64,000 nt of DNA. It comes from Lophium mytilinum. Lineage: Eukaryota. Within the stretch, counting starts at the first letter, position 1. Each line of letters starts with the position of its first letter. Location: assembly GCA_010093605.1 (NCBI GenBank), contig MU004186.1, positions 637,765 through 701,764 on the forward strand. Reading direction: 5' to 3'. A program made the translations under genes and the position numbers. Positions 21,989 through 35,600 of the stretch are shown in pieces. Under the pieces are notes generated by a model. The model ran no database searches. It worked only from the letters and a program-made list of their open reading frames with translations, and was not told the origin of the DNA.

Positions 21989-22920
21989 CGTCATGAAACG
22001 TCATAGCCTTAACCTGATACTTTGTTTGGCGTACCTTGCGCCACCTTCGCGCGCTTCACACAAACAAGCGCTATCTGGAACACGAGCACTGCACAGGCCC
22101 ACAGTACTACCCGTGGACATCAAGCGGTGCCAAGTGCCAGTCTCGAGTTTCAAAAAAACGGCTATTGTAGTCTCCTAGAAAGGAGCTTTGGAGCGTTATA
22201 TAATGGTGGAGGGGCCGGGGAGGAAGACGATATTACGGTCCCGAGATTTTGCAGGATGGGGTAGAGAAATAATATAGGAAAGGTGGGAGAGGAGACAGAA
22301 GGGTAGGTATATACGAAGCTGCACAGGAAGTCCCTAAGGGAATAAGAGCAATGGGTCTTGATTGTATAAATCCATACTACTCAGCTGAGTATACAGCAAA
22401 CATGAAAAATCTAGTAGAGGTTGGGGGTTCTCTATTTAAAGGAGCAGGTCTACAAGCTCCTGCCACGTGCCCTGTGGTTGCTCAAGGCATGGATGCATCC
22501 TCCAATGTTTCTATTTTCGCCATCATCGGTCACCGCAGTGGCGTTTCTATTGTAACTACTATTTACACAGCCCGAACCCCTTGTACGACAGCGCACCAGG
22601 TACTGCCTCGTGAAACATTGAGCACCATTGGGCTCTCCTTGAAGAGGATAAGTTGATCCTGGGCTCAAATTGGTCGTTTTCACACCTTACTGATTTTATT
22701 TCACATCCTCCCGCCCCCTGAACTTGATCAAGCTCTCGTGCGCAAAAATTGAGCCCGATTTCCGCTATTCAAAAACTAAATCATATTTGATGCTTGCGAC
22801 AGCCCCTTAATCGTTCTCTCAGTGGTCCCTACTTCCTATGTGTTTCTAGACTGGTTTCTCGCTGATTATCTGCTTCCTAGTTCACTGTTCGATTACTTCC
22901 ATTCCTTTTTTCTGGTTACT

Positions 22921-23951
22921 ATGGCCACGTTCGACCCGAACCAATGGTACCGTGTTACCACTGGTATCGACGTGAACCCCGGCCTCGCCATGGACGGCAC
23001 ATCCCTCTACCACGCCGGCCGCGGCTCCGTCCTCTTCAAATTGACAGACACCACAGACAGCGAGGAGCAGTGGCAAATCTTCCCCGTTAACGACTCGACC
23101 TACATATTGCGTACGAAAGCCTCGGGGCCTGGAGGATTTCTAGGCGCTTCATACTCTGCCAACGAGACAGAACCGGGGAACACGCGCCCGCGCATGGCGA
23201 ACCTCACGCTCAGCGATAAGACTATGTATTGGTCATTTACGTCGGCGGGAAATGGCTTGTTCTTCATGTCCAACGAGCAGAATGGGACCGGGTGGCGTTT
23301 ACATATGAAGGAGACCGGATTGATGTCGATTAGTGGGAACACGACGGCAACACAAAATGAGCAGGGTTTTATGTTCAAGGAGATTGGGCCGATTGATAAT
23401 GGAGAGTTTTCGAGTTTAAATGTGAGTAGGTTGGTGATGGACTCTGGGTTTGGGTTAGTGTGCTAACGCCGATGCTGTAGACTGCTGCTTATTCTGTCGC
23501 TGCGACAGTAGCTCCGAGTAGTTATACTACTCTAGCTTCATTATCCGCAACGTCTACATCGTCCGCAACGTCTACATCAGCCACAACGTCTAACTCATCT
23601 GCAACATCTACATTATCGGTTTCGCACAGCCTCTCCACAGGAGCATCTATAGCAATTGGATTTGTCGTTGGGTTTGCTGTTTTGACAGCAATAATAGCGT
23701 TGGTATGGCTACTTCTTCGAAGGAGAAGTCGAGCGCGCGCAAATATTCAGCATATGTCGGCATGCCCACAACACCCGCCACAAGAGTTGGATATATCTCA
23801 CGAGAGGCAAGAGATGCCAATCTCATATGCTACAGTCAAATACGAAATGGCCGCGCTACCCTCGGAGCTCCATGGGGATGCCGTAGTTGTACCAGTTGAA
23901 CCGAAGAACAAGTGTGAAGGTAAACCCCACAAGCGACGTAAGGAACAATAG
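22921..23951 (+). CDS. Single-pass membrane protein: beta-rich (ricin-B/beta-trefoil-like) N-domain, Ser/Thr stalk, TM, short tail; intron 23422-23480
   Basis: MATFDPNQWYRV...EEQWQIFP...MYWSF; intron GTGAGT...CTAAC...TAG in phase 0; SLSTGASIAIGFVVGFAVLTAIIALVWLLLRRRSR. Confidence 0.7.
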
Positions 23952-24449
23952 TCACAACCATTCCGGCAGTGCCAGTCCCCTAGAGATGTATACTCGGAGC
24001 TATCTGGACATAGCCCTTGGGAAAGAAGCCCATCTTGTCCATGAACGCCATCCGGGGGCCGGAATCAACGCTTCCGTAAAAAGCAAGGAGACCATGAAAG
24101 CGCAGCAAAACTCATCAACCATCATCAGTTGAGTCGTCATTACCGGACAAGAGTAGTAATTTACCGCCGCTCCCATGATGGTCTTCGATACTCCCAGATG
24201 TCCGTTGACGAATGCCCCGTCCTCGAGATCCGGCACATTCATATGTAAGTGTACCTACCCTGCGCAGATCAACGCCACCTTTACTCGTACCCTCACACCT
24301 CCACGTGCTCCCCTGCCGCGGCGGAGCGATGGGAATTGACCCGGAAGCGGGTCCGGGGAACCTTTTAAGAACGAAACACCCATATATCAGACCATCCTCC
24401 ATCACCACTCCTCCCCGGACACTCGGAAACCCCCCACGCCATTCTCGCC

Positions 24450-25419
24450 ATGGCCGCCTCAACATCCTCAACCTCCAGTCCCCCGGCAATCGGCAAGCCA
24501 AAGGAAACCCACCCATTCCTCCTCTCCCCTTCCGCTTTCGCCAAATTCGCCGCAATATGTGGTCCACTAGCCATCGTGTTCTTCTTCATCATGCTGCCCG
24601 CCGCCAGCTTCCTACCGCCCATCTCGCCTCACCGCAGCGCCGAAGCTGTAGCGCATCATTACCAGCGCCATGAGACCGGGCTCAAGGGCGGCATCGCGCT
24701 CATGACTTTCGTCGGCTTCTTCTTCCCAATGTACACGAGCGCTATCGGAGGCCAAATGTCGCGGATCCCTGGCGTCCCAACCACGGTGCTGAATGCACAG
24801 CTTCTCGGTGGATGCCTTGGCGGACTGTTCCTTACGCTGCCGGCGTACTTTTTTGCGACTGGGGTGTATAGGACTGATCGTGCGCCGGAACTGATTCAGC
24901 TGTTGAATGATCTTAGCTGGATCTTTTTTGCTATGGTATGCTTCCTTCTTTTTATAATGTGTCAGATTAAACAATATTTGAGAAGTGCACCGCTGATGTT
25001 GGTGATAGCCATTTGCAAGTCTGCTATGCCAGGATCTCGCGTTCAGCTGGGCAGTACTCTTGGACCGGAGGGAAAAGCCGCTATACCCGCGATGGCTGGC
25101 GTTCCTGACCACGGCGCTGACTTTGTGTTTTTGGCCGGCGCTGGGAGTGCATTGTGTCAAGAGCGGCGCAATAGCGTGGAATGGTGGTTTGGCATTCTGG
25201 ACAGCAGGTGTTGGAGGAGGCGCGCAAATCTGTATCATATCTTTGATGACATTTCTGGCAGCTGGCCGAACGGACTTGCCGAGCGAGGTGGACGTTAGAG
25301 AGGGAGCGTTTCTCGGCGAGGGGGCATCGAGTGGAAGATTTGTGACTAGAGTTGAAGTTGAGAGGTTGGTGGAAAGGCTGGTCGCGGAGAGGACCAAAGG
25401 TGTGAAAGAAGAGAATTAG
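24450..25419 (+). CDS. Integral membrane protein of unknown function (~6 TM); intron 24936-25008
   Basis: Hydrophobic ORFs 24450-24935 and 25009-25419 joined in frame by GTATGC...CTGAT...TAG; motifs YRTDRAPELIQLLNDLSW, PLYPRWLAF, GAIAWNG. Confidence 0.75.
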
Positions 25420-25600
25420 ACCATGAGGGAGGCTGGGGACTAGATCGGGGCTGGTCGAAAAGGAAGAACGCAGAGCTAAATCCAATGTATTGAAGTAATC
25501 TGCAGTCTTCGAAATGGCAAGACCCATTCCGTGCAGTGCCATCATTACACGACTGCAACATCCCAATGTGTTATCAACCTCATACTTCCTCCGATCCATT

Positions 25601-27551
25601 TCAACCACCTGCACGAAGCATCATTATTTGTAGCTGCTTAGACCCACGATGCTTGCGGATCTTGCGGATCCAGTCGATGATGTCCCCTTCATAATTCCAT
25701 ATCCTGCGCCGGTTCTGTAGCCCCTTGAGACTGCGCCAGTTGCGCGTAATCTCAGAATAAAGCTGGTACCAGTTGATTCTCTCAGCTGGTATTGTCCAAA
25801 CTAGGTCTTTCAGAGCTTCAGCTTCACACTGAGCGATTAGTGCAGCCTCCCTGCCCTCCATAATGCTTTCCTCTGCGCCCTGCCACATGTCAAGAAGTTC
25901 GGGCATCTCCTCCCGTATCACCCTCTTGTAGCAAGCGAACTCTTCGTAGAAGACTTGCTTGTCGGCTTCCTCCTTCTTCAGCGCCTCGACTGGAACCGTG
26001 CTCCAGATATAGGGCTTCTGGTCACTCCAGATCTCCCACAGCCACGGCATATCTCGCTGAACAAATTCACGCCAAAGAAATATGGGCATTTGGTAGAAGT
26101 TGCGCGATGATAAACGTAAGCTCGCGATGTCTTTTGGACTGAGGTAGCCTAGAATTTCCAGCCTCAATTCCAAGGGTAGATTGTTGAATGGATCATCCTG
26201 GATTCGGCTAGGAGTCGACACGAGGCCCGTAAATGCTCCAGCTTGAGAATCAAAGTTTGGGCCGTCGGACACTACTGAACGGAGTATTTGGCTTAGTCGA
26301 GGCATGAAGACCGGATTGGCAGCAAGATACTCGGTGCCATCAGCGTGTATCCACCATTGGTTTTGGCAGGCCCTACGGTCCTTGTCCTCTATGGATCTAT
26401 CAGTCCAGGGGTATTTCGGTCCAGCGCGGTACCATGCACATAGATCATCGACATCGAATTCCCCGAATGCTTGTTTTGACATTCGCATGAAGATGTCTAG
26501 ACATGTTGTATGAAAGGGCATGCATTCTTCTCCATTCTGAATTAATCAGAAGTCAGCAACAGTAAGAGTGAGCGACGACAGTAATGAGTGGTATTAGTGC
26601 TGCATAACTTCAAATCTGAAGAACTTACACCCCATATATGGTCTGTTGCGTCGACCTCCTCAACACCGTGTCGTGCTGGGATGACTTGTGGGTAACCGCC
26701 ACTGTCCGTTGAAGGCATGTGGCCACAAAGTCCGGAGAGAAAATGAGTGCTCGCAGCTTCGAAATCTTGATCGTCTCCCTCGGGCCTCCACCCTCGAGAT
26801 TTCCGAACAAAGCATTGAAAGGTGTTGCAGCCACGCATTTCTTCGGCAGCAATGTTGTGGCCGTTGTAACCGCGCTCGCATGTACAAGTTGGTCCCGCTA
26901 TGTGTTCGTACTCTACATTCTATTAGCAAAGACTGTTATACTAGAGGTACCTATTTCGCAAGAGAAATTTGACAAGCGCCTACCTTGTGCCTCTTTGTCA
27001 TCCAATTTCGTTTCAAGTTTGATAACAAGCCCCAAACGTTCTTCCACGGGTAGTTTCTCGGCCGCCATGAGATTTGGATCAATTCGAAGGCGTGGGTTGT
27101 CATACTCATATGCAAGACCAGAATTGCTCTTGAGAAAACGGATGTACTCGGGCTCCGAGTCCGCATCTGTCATCTCCACATCATCTTCCATCCCCTCCGC
27201 AACCTCGCTCTCATGATCAACAAGGTCGTCGTCGGACTGAAACTCGTACTCTTCATCCCCGTCGGAGCTTGCATACACGTAGTCGGAATCGTTCTCGTTG
27301 TCCTCATCTATCGCGATCGCGCGCCATTTTCCGCTTCGCCGCAAATCTGGAGGATCTTTTCCTCTCCAAACGCCATAGCACGCATCCTCGCTAGTACAGC
27401 TCGAGTCCCATCGTTCTTCAGCTGGGACATACCGCATGTTTCCGTCTCCTGTGTTCATCCAAGCATGCGACTCTGGCTCGTCCGGTTTTCGGATACGGCT
27501 AATGTTGAACACAACGTCGCAGAGGCGACAATGCACTTCTGAGTAACCCAT
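25601..27551 (-). CDS. F-box domain protein, three exons (introns ~26913-26983 and ~26542-26628)
   Basis: N-terminus MGYSEVHCRLCDVVFNISRIR; EHIAGPTC...GYNGHNI..EEMRGC; PFHTTC; F-box DPFNNLPLELRLEILGYLSPKDIASLRLSSR; C-terminal LKGLQNRRRIW. Confidence 0.8.
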
Positions 27552-28074
27552 TGTTGAATGAATTGATGGTTTGGAGGAAGGAGGAAGCAGGAGGAAGAAA
27601 TTGGGGTTTTTGAATGCGGCAAGGATTTTAGGTAGCAGTCAGGTACCTAAAAGGGGGTCCAAATATAGTGCCAAACGCGTTACCTCTTTCGTGTTAGGCT
27701 TCTAGACCCTGGATACCATCCCGAGGTCTTATCTAACCTCAACCCATCATCACAACTGTACAACACGATTCTAGAGTTCCTTTCATGATATGGCAAGACA
27801 GCTCGTGCCCCAACGCGTCTTCATGCGTTGAGAGGGCTCTCTCAAGGCTTGGACGATGTCATACCACCAAACAAGTTTTCTAACCTAGCGTAAGCCTGAT
27901 TACACCAACCGTGGTAGAGATCAGGCCACGATATTAAGACAAAATCCCCTCAACTCCCAGTTTCTTCTCTCAATCAAACTTGTGCCTACTACCACGATAC
28001 CAAGTCAGCTCACCACCTTACTTACCATCATAACCACTTCCAGGATCCAGAAATCAACCCACCAAACCACTACC

Positions 28075-28602
28075 ATGGCGACCGCCGCAGACGTTACACT
28101 CTCTGACCTCCACGCCCCCAAGGAAGCCTCCATTACAGCTTTCACATCCGCCCTGCCTGAAATCAAGCGCAAACTCCTCTACCATCGGCACCAAGACAAC
28201 AGTAACCACCCCATTCCCTCAAGAACTCTTCTTCTCTCCTTCCATCCACCCGACTAACACACGAACTCAGTACATGATAAAGGGTACTTCCGCGCCGTCG
28301 CCTCCGTCGACAACAAGGACCTCGAATCATTCACTGCCTCCGACCTCGAAGCCGTCCGCGTTGGCTCCACCGCCTACGGTCTGCACCTCTTTTGCAAGGT
28401 CGCGCTGCCCGCGGCGCCGGGCTCGTACATCCATGTGAGGTTATTCATAGCTGCTGAAGATGGGACGGATGGAGCGAGTCTGGAGGACCGCGTGGCGACG
28501 GTGCATTGCATCCATACAGAGGAGGTCGTGAAAGAGGGTGCGCCTCGTGAATATCGGGCGATCTTTGGAAAAGAGGATGCGTTGGAGTGGTTTGATACTT
28601 AG
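28075..28602 (+). CDS. Small hypothetical protein (~150 aa); intron 28202-28270
   Basis: MATAADVTLSDLHAPKEASITAFTSALPEIKRK... spliced (GTAACC...CTAAC...CAG) to HDKGYFRAVASVDNKDLESFTASDLEAVRVGSTAYGLHLFCKV...YIHVRLF...KEDALEWFDT*. Confidence 0.75.
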
Positions 28603-29797
28603 ACTCGGTTCTGGTAGTGTGTCGGTGAGAAGGTCGAGACGTTTTTTCGCATGATGCTCTTTATTGATAGTAGCTCTTCATCTTGTAAAATGACCACATC
28701 GTTCGCAATGCTCTCTCAGAGAAAGACCTTGAGATCTTGGTGTTCTCCCATCTCGTTCTATTCTTCTTTCTTGAAGTGCAAAGTCCTTGGGGTTATCTTT
28801 TTGATTAACCAGCTTTCTCTGAAACGACCGACATCTGTAAAGGGACAGTTCGAGGCTGGACCAGATATCAACCTTGAAATCCGGTCTACGAGATAGCGCC
28901 ATGGCAAAAATCTGCGCGCTCCTGCTCACCACTGTCTAAGGTCCTTCGTTGTATTAGCGAAACTCAATTCAGATGTAAAGGTCACGACAATGCAGATCGG
29001 AGCAGCGCCAAACGCGTCTAATCGACATGTTTCCGGGGTTTGTTCGGGGGTGACCGAACGTTGCAACGGACGTACTTCGTTCTGTAACGACTGTAACAGT
29101 CGACTTTGCGCGTTGAAGTAAAGATTGCCGTCGACCCATGGCATGAGCTGCTATTAGCACAGTTACTGTTCCGTTTCCCAGGTTAGGTATCGATATGATT
29201 GGACGAAATCATATACCGGCTTCGAAAGGATTGAAAGGATTGAAAGGAGCTATAAGCACTTGACTCTATTCAGGGATAATTATCTCCGAGCCTCGGAGGA
29301 ATATCAGCTTACTCCCGAGTTACTACACGGATACCGCAGCCGTATGTGCAACCTAAAACATGGTCAAGTGCCTTTTTTCTACCAGACCGCCACTGACAGG
29401 GAAAGCCTTACGCTATCGTGGCGAGTTTATAAGAACTTATAAATATTACTGTTCGATACTACTAATTGAGTTATTGAAAGCGGTGACAGGGGCTGTATGC
29501 CAATCGCAGTCGGGGAGCCACGAGATGGTCCGTAACAGCAGGTACGGTATTATATCCGAGAGTATCTAACCTCTAGATCCGCGCTGCACGCACGGTCTTG
29601 ATACAGCAAGGGAGTAACAGGTTAGTATACAAGGGTACCGATAGCTCCTCTAAGCTTAGGTTTTGCGCTTGCACCCAACCCTTGTATGCGGTGCGGTATC
29701 CGTCTATTTAGTCTGCGCCTTTCTCAGACCTCACGTCTTTCGCAAGTAGGTTTCCCTCTCAAGCATCGAGGTTCACCATTTGTGTTGATTAGCCACC

Positions 29798-30776
29798 ATG
29801 ATAAAGCCTATCCGAGTTTGGTTGACGCGTGAGTGACATTCATGAACGAAACGCCACAGAGCGGTAACTGTTGCTGAACTCTACTAGCTGCCGGTCCAAA
29901 CCCTTATAAGGTATTTCATATGGACGGATTCGAATATGCAGACGTGTATTGACTTCTGGGCGTAGGTCATCATCGTCTTGGAGGAGTTGAGAGTACCTTA
30001 CGAGACTAAATCCTTCACCTACCCAGAGGTCAAGAAGAAGCCTTTCACCGACATCAATCCCAATGGCCGTGTTCCAGGTAGCTCTCATTTAACCCAGAAA
30101 ACCAGTCAAGTCGGGGTGCTGATAAAACTAGCGATTGAGGATCCTAACACGAACCTTACACTTTGGGAGTCCGGTGCCATCGTCCAGTATTTGGTCGAGC
30201 AGTACGACCGGAGAAGCTCTTAACGTTCGATTCTCTGGTAGAGAGGCATCACTGCAACCAATGGCTGATGTTCCAGATGAGCGGGCAAGGGCCTTACTTC
30301 GGACAAGCCACGTGGTGAGCATCCACAAATAGCAGGAGTGTCTTGGGCACTAACATCTCAGGTTCAACTTCCTGCACGCTGAAAAGATACCATCGGCCAT
30401 CGAAAGGTACAATAATGAAGTGAAGCGCGTTGTTGGACTTCTGGATAGCTGTTTGGACGGGAAACAGTGGCTGGTTGGCGATAAATGCACGTTTGCCGAC
30501 CTTGCTTCCGCGCCTTGGAATAACGTAGTCGGAACCATTTTTTCGCTCCCCACAGATCAAATGTTTGATGAATTTCCCAATGTTAAAGCCTGGCATGACA
30601 GGATAACTTCCAGGCCCTCGTAGAAGAAGGCGATGGAAACTCGGGCGAGGTTGATGGATGAGCAGGGTCTCTAATGGAAGGGCATGCCTAAGGACATTAG
30701 CAGCATTCAGCAGTACGAGGAGAACACAGAGCAAGACGGCTTATCGAAGGCTACTGAAGGAAGTCTTGTATGCTAG
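29798..30776 (+). pseudogene. Glutathione S-transferase (Ure2/Gst-II-like) pseudogene
   Basis: Spliced reading gives GPNPYKV, INPNGRVPAIEDPN, LWESGAIVQYL, FQMSGQGPYFGQA, WLVGDKCTFADL. It carries a 1-nt frameshift near 30210 and in-frame stops TAG 30621-30623 and TAA 30672-30674. Confidence 0.85.
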
Positions 30777-31502
30777 AGTATAGCGCGATAGAAACCCTGA
30801 CATCGAAACCGAAATCTACATGATACATGAAGCTTGAAGTAATAAGGCTAGAAAATGAAGGTGGATACGCAAAGTATCATAACAAAAGTGAACAGAGTGA
30901 TAGCTACCGAGCACATGAGGTGGCAACGTAGCCGTTAGTATTTTTGGTCAGCAAGACATTATGGGTTGTCTCGTAAAGATCCAACAATCAAAGGAGCTGT
31001 CTGAAGTCTCTACAGAGCCCGAAGATGCTCATCGGAAGAACTTACTGTGCATATTTATAGTGACGGGACGGGATGTTCGTGGCGCCACGGAGCCTACGAT
31101 GGTACCATGCTCACAGTCAACCTTTCCTTATTAGGTCCGCTGTTACTGTTACTAGTGCTTCTAGTGAAGCCGAATCTAACCGGAAAAGTACATCGTCCAT
31201 GGGAGGCGGGAGCGTCCGCAAGCTCAGCTCGACATGGAAGACAATAGCTATTCTGGCCGTCGAGCCATGGAAGGATAGAAACACGTACCTGTTTCGCCTA
31301 TTTCGCCTTCCCTACTTCTATACTTCAAGTTAGTTGTCAAGGACAGGCATGGTCATCGTATGTCTCATAGCTCATATCCGTTTCCAGTGCCTATTCGCTT
31401 CCAATGCCTATCCGCTTCCCATGCATGTTCGCTTCCAATGCTCGTGTCGACTCTCATTTCTGCAGTCTCCCTTTCGCTTTCAGGGGGTGCTCCGAACAAC
31501 CC

Positions 31503-32431
31503 TCAATAGTTGTCATCGTACCTCTCCTGGTTCCTTCCCTGATCGTAGGCATTATCGACGTTATCATCGAACCTCTCGACCCTTCCATCCTCACGTCCCG
31601 CCCATCCAGCAATATCCTCCGGAACGTCCTCGACGTCCTGGACGCCATTGTCCCACTTGTTCTCGATATCCTGAGGAATATCCTCCACCTCCTGCGTCTT
31701 ACGCCCAGCCCAGCCCGCAAGCTCCTCAGGAGCATACTCGACGTCCTGGACGCCGTTGTCGAACTTGTTCTCGACGTAGTTGCCTGCGTTGTCGGCGTCG
31801 TAGTCCAGGCGCTGTTCGTCGCGGTCCCAGTCCTGCTCTGCATCTTATCAGCTCAATCCATCAAGCAGGTCAGGATAACACTCACTGACGTCCTCCCCCT
31901 CGTGCATCAGCAAAGCTCCACCCGCAAGTCCAGCAACACCTGCAAGCGCCATGTTGCGGCCGGAATGGTCAGGCTTCTGCTGCTGCTGTTCATATTGGCC
32001 ACGTTGTTCTTGGTCATAGCCCCCGCCATACTGTTGGCCTCCTCCATACTGCTGCCCTCCGCCATACTGCTGGCCACCGCCATACCCCTGCTGCGGGTGC
32101 TCGAAGGTGCGCTGACCGGTTTCCCGGTTGATGTAGATCCAGCTGGAGCCTTGTTAGCTTGGCTTACTTGGCATACTGCTTGGCAATCCGCTTGGCATAT
32201 TTTCCCAGACGGGTATCCTCCGAGGTCATGATAAAGTATGGATACTTACCGATCATCCTGTCCATCCCACTCAGCAATCCAGGGCGCCGGAACAGAAGGC
32301 GGTCCGTTGTTGGACTGCTGGTAGGCTTGCTGGCCGTAGCCGCCCTGTTGTTGGTAGCCCTGGCTCTGGCCTTGAGACTGGCCTTGGCCCTGGTGAGTGA
32401 AGTCTTGGACAAGTTCTTTGAGGAACGACAT
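31503..32431 (-). CDS. Gly/Gln/Tyr-rich protein with WW-like segment and acidic C-terminal repeats (hydrophilin-like), multi-exon
   Basis: MSFLKELVQDF...PPSVPAPWIAEWDGQDDR|WIYINRETGQRTFEHP; YGGG repeats; GLLVGGALLM; repeated ENK(F/W)DNGVQDVE..PE..AGWAGR. Confidence 0.75.
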
Positions 32432-32616
32432 CTTGGATACAGGGGTATGTTGTGCTTGCTATTCCAGTGATTTGGAGTCTCGCTGATATCAAGTGGGGGA
32501 CTGAAGTGACAGCTGGCTAGTGCTCTAGCGCCCGATCGCCATGGGTTTATCCGGCGCTAGCTAAAACTTGCCTATCTAGCGCTGCTCCCTATCACCGTAT
32601 CTGGCTGTTGATCAAT

Positions 32617-35600
32617 ATAGCGGTTTTTCTCCCACACCCACACGAGATTGCCCACACGCCCGATGAGGCCTGGCGGCCTCGCACGGGCGTAACGCCTATA
32701 TAAATTAAGGTTAGCCACGTATTTAGTGTATAAGGAATATAGCAAGGGGGTCCCTATAATTTAGCTAGCTAAAAAGGGCAATATTAGAGGGATTTTCAGC
32801 TAAGGTTCCGCGGCTAAGAAATTACTATAGAAAATTTAGTTTTTTAAGGTTTTTTATAAGAATAAGTAATAATAAGTTTAATAATAGGTTTCTACTACTT
32901 TAGGCAGCCTTAAATTAATAGGAAGATTAACTCTATAAGGCTTAGCGTAGTATTTAAGCTCTAGATAGGCGTGCGCACTTCTAAACGCCTTATTTTAAGT
33001 AGAATCTTAATAATATAGATAAGAAGGTTTACTATTAAGAGACCTAGTAAGTATATATATAGTAAGGCTGTATAGCCTTACTATATATATATTATAGCCT
33101 ACCTATTTTAATGCCGCGGCTAATAGTTTATTAGGTTCCGCCCGCATAAAATCTAATAGCTAGCACCTATATTATTTAATATAGATAAAAAGATAAGGTT
33201 TAATATATACTCTACTACGCCTAAAAAAGTAATATATACTATAGCTAAGCGCCTAGCATACCTAGAGAGGTACTACTCGCATATAATATGCATGGGGCGA
33301 AGTAGATTCTAGATATTAGAGGTTTTTAATAGCTTAATTAAGCGGCTATATAATAAGTAGAAGGACCTACTATATTAAAGGCCTTAGCTTAATAAGTATA
33401 TAATACTTAAGAGGTATACTAGAGCTCTCTAGAGACAGGGGTATAGTAGAGGGCGAGTATAGGGCTCTATAGATAGTACTTTCTTTAGATTCTATAGGCC
33501 TAAGAATAGTTAGCGCTAGCTTACTATATACTCCGGATATTATAAAGAAAACGGGCTAAAGTATTAGTTAATTATAATACTAGATAGACTCGCTTCTTAT
33601 ATATCTATGCCCTTCTTAGCGCTAAGTAATAACTAGAATATCTATTTATAATTAGAAGTAATTAAGAGGCTCTAGAATATCTTTATTAGTAAGCCTATAT
33701 TATATTTATATAGTAATAATATATATAGAGAGAGCTATAGTTATATTTCTCTATAGAGTAACTAGAGAGGGTTTAGATAGTTAATATATAAGCAACTATA
33801 GTTAAATTATAAGCTTAGTAGCGCTAGAATTATAGTAGAGAATACCTTTAGAAAGATTAAATAGCTATTTACCTATAATTACCTTAAATAGAGCCTCTAG
33901 TATAGTAGCTAGCCTCTTGCCGCGTATTTTATAGTGTTAGTACTCTTCTATAATATTTTAACGTGCCTCTAGGGCATAATAGATCTAATTGCAAAGTAAT
34001 TTAAGTGCGAGCCGCCGTCTATAATAGAGTATCTAGGTATAGAAGTAGTAGAAAATAGGCCTAAGAATAAGGCTATAGAAAATAGGTAGTATATAGAAAA
34101 TAGGTTATATATAGAAAAATAGGTAGTATATAGAAAGTAGATAGTTTCTAGGCTATAGAATAGAATAGAAGTATTAAAATTACGCTAGTATATACTAATA
34201 GCCTCTTAGTAATTTACTTAATTTAAACTCTACTAATTAGAATATATAGATCCTTGCTAAACCCGCTACTACCTACTATTACCTAAACCTTATTCTTGCA
34301 CCTACCTAGCTTAGTAGCTACTAATTAGTTAGATTCTCTTATTAAAGCTCTTTTAATATACTTAAACCTAACCTCCTATACTAATCTACTACCTATTCTA
34401 CCTACCTCCGCGCTCTAATAGCTGCCTTATTATTGCCCGTAGGTTATTATTTACCTTCTACTACTTAGTACGGTCCTTCTATATCTCCTAGCAAAGCCCG
34501 GCGATGTTAGCCGGCCTAGAAACTATCCTCTTATAAAGTTTAAGCTTACGGCGCCTTATTTCTAGTTTCTTCTTTCTCTCTTTATATTAGATAGCCTCTT
34601 AAGACGCTATAGCATTAAAATAGCAGTTAAATAGCTAGTTTATAGCCTCTATAGAATACTAAGCGTCTACTATAGCTTAATAGTAAGAAGTATCTAGGTT
34701 TATACTAGTATATAGCACCACGCATCTCTCTCTATTCTCTTTCTCTTCTCTCTTTCTCTTTACTACGCGCTGGAGGCAGCTAATAGCTATCTTATTCTTC
34801 TCTCTCTTCTCTCTATCTAGCTCTTCTATTAATTTCTTTTTATCTAAAGCTTTCTAGTTTACTATTGCAATAATATTATCTACGCGCGCGTTAAATTAAT
34901 TAGGATTCTTACGCCCTATGCCTTTATTCCAGCCTATAAGATAGGCCTCTTAGTGCCTAATCTAGCCCTTTAAGTAGATCTACTTACTATCTAAACCTAT
35001 ACTATTTTTCTAGCTAAAAATTATATAGTAGAGGTTTATAGGTTTAAACCCTATTTTCTTCTTATATTCTACTATTATATCTCTATAGAAAGCCTTATTA
35101 CTCTTAGCCTTTATATATAGCTTCTTACGGGCAATAAAGAGAGTAGCTACCTCTAGCTTAAGGCTATCTTTCTACTCCACAGCTTTACTACGCATCTTCC
35201 GCTTTCTACGTGTAGTTATATAAAACTTCTAAATATAGCTAGTAACCGGTGCAATATTCTTATCTATAGGTGCCTTAGCGGCCTTTCTAGCGGCAGCTTA
35301 TTTCTTTAGCGCTACTGTTTTAGTAGGGGCAGAAGAAGGTAGGTTCTTCTTCTTATCCTTCTTATTATTATCTATTATTATAGGCTTATTCTCTTTAGTT
35401 TTCTTAGCCTTGCTATTATCCTCTATAGCCTTTCTATTCTCTTTTCTCTTTCTCCGTGGTGTAGCCTTTCCTTTGCCCTTTAGCGCGGCTACTTCCGCAG
35501 CCTAAGGCGCGCCCAGTTCCGCAGCCTAAGGCGCGCCTAGTTCCGCAGCCTGCGGCGCGCGCGGTTCTGCAACTAGAACTGGCGGCGATAAAGCTATTAT

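Noticed and set aside
31404..32231. 275-aa hydrophobic + strand ORF
   Set aside because: Antisense shadow of the Asp/Gln-rich minus-strand gene, whose splice signals are on the minus strand.
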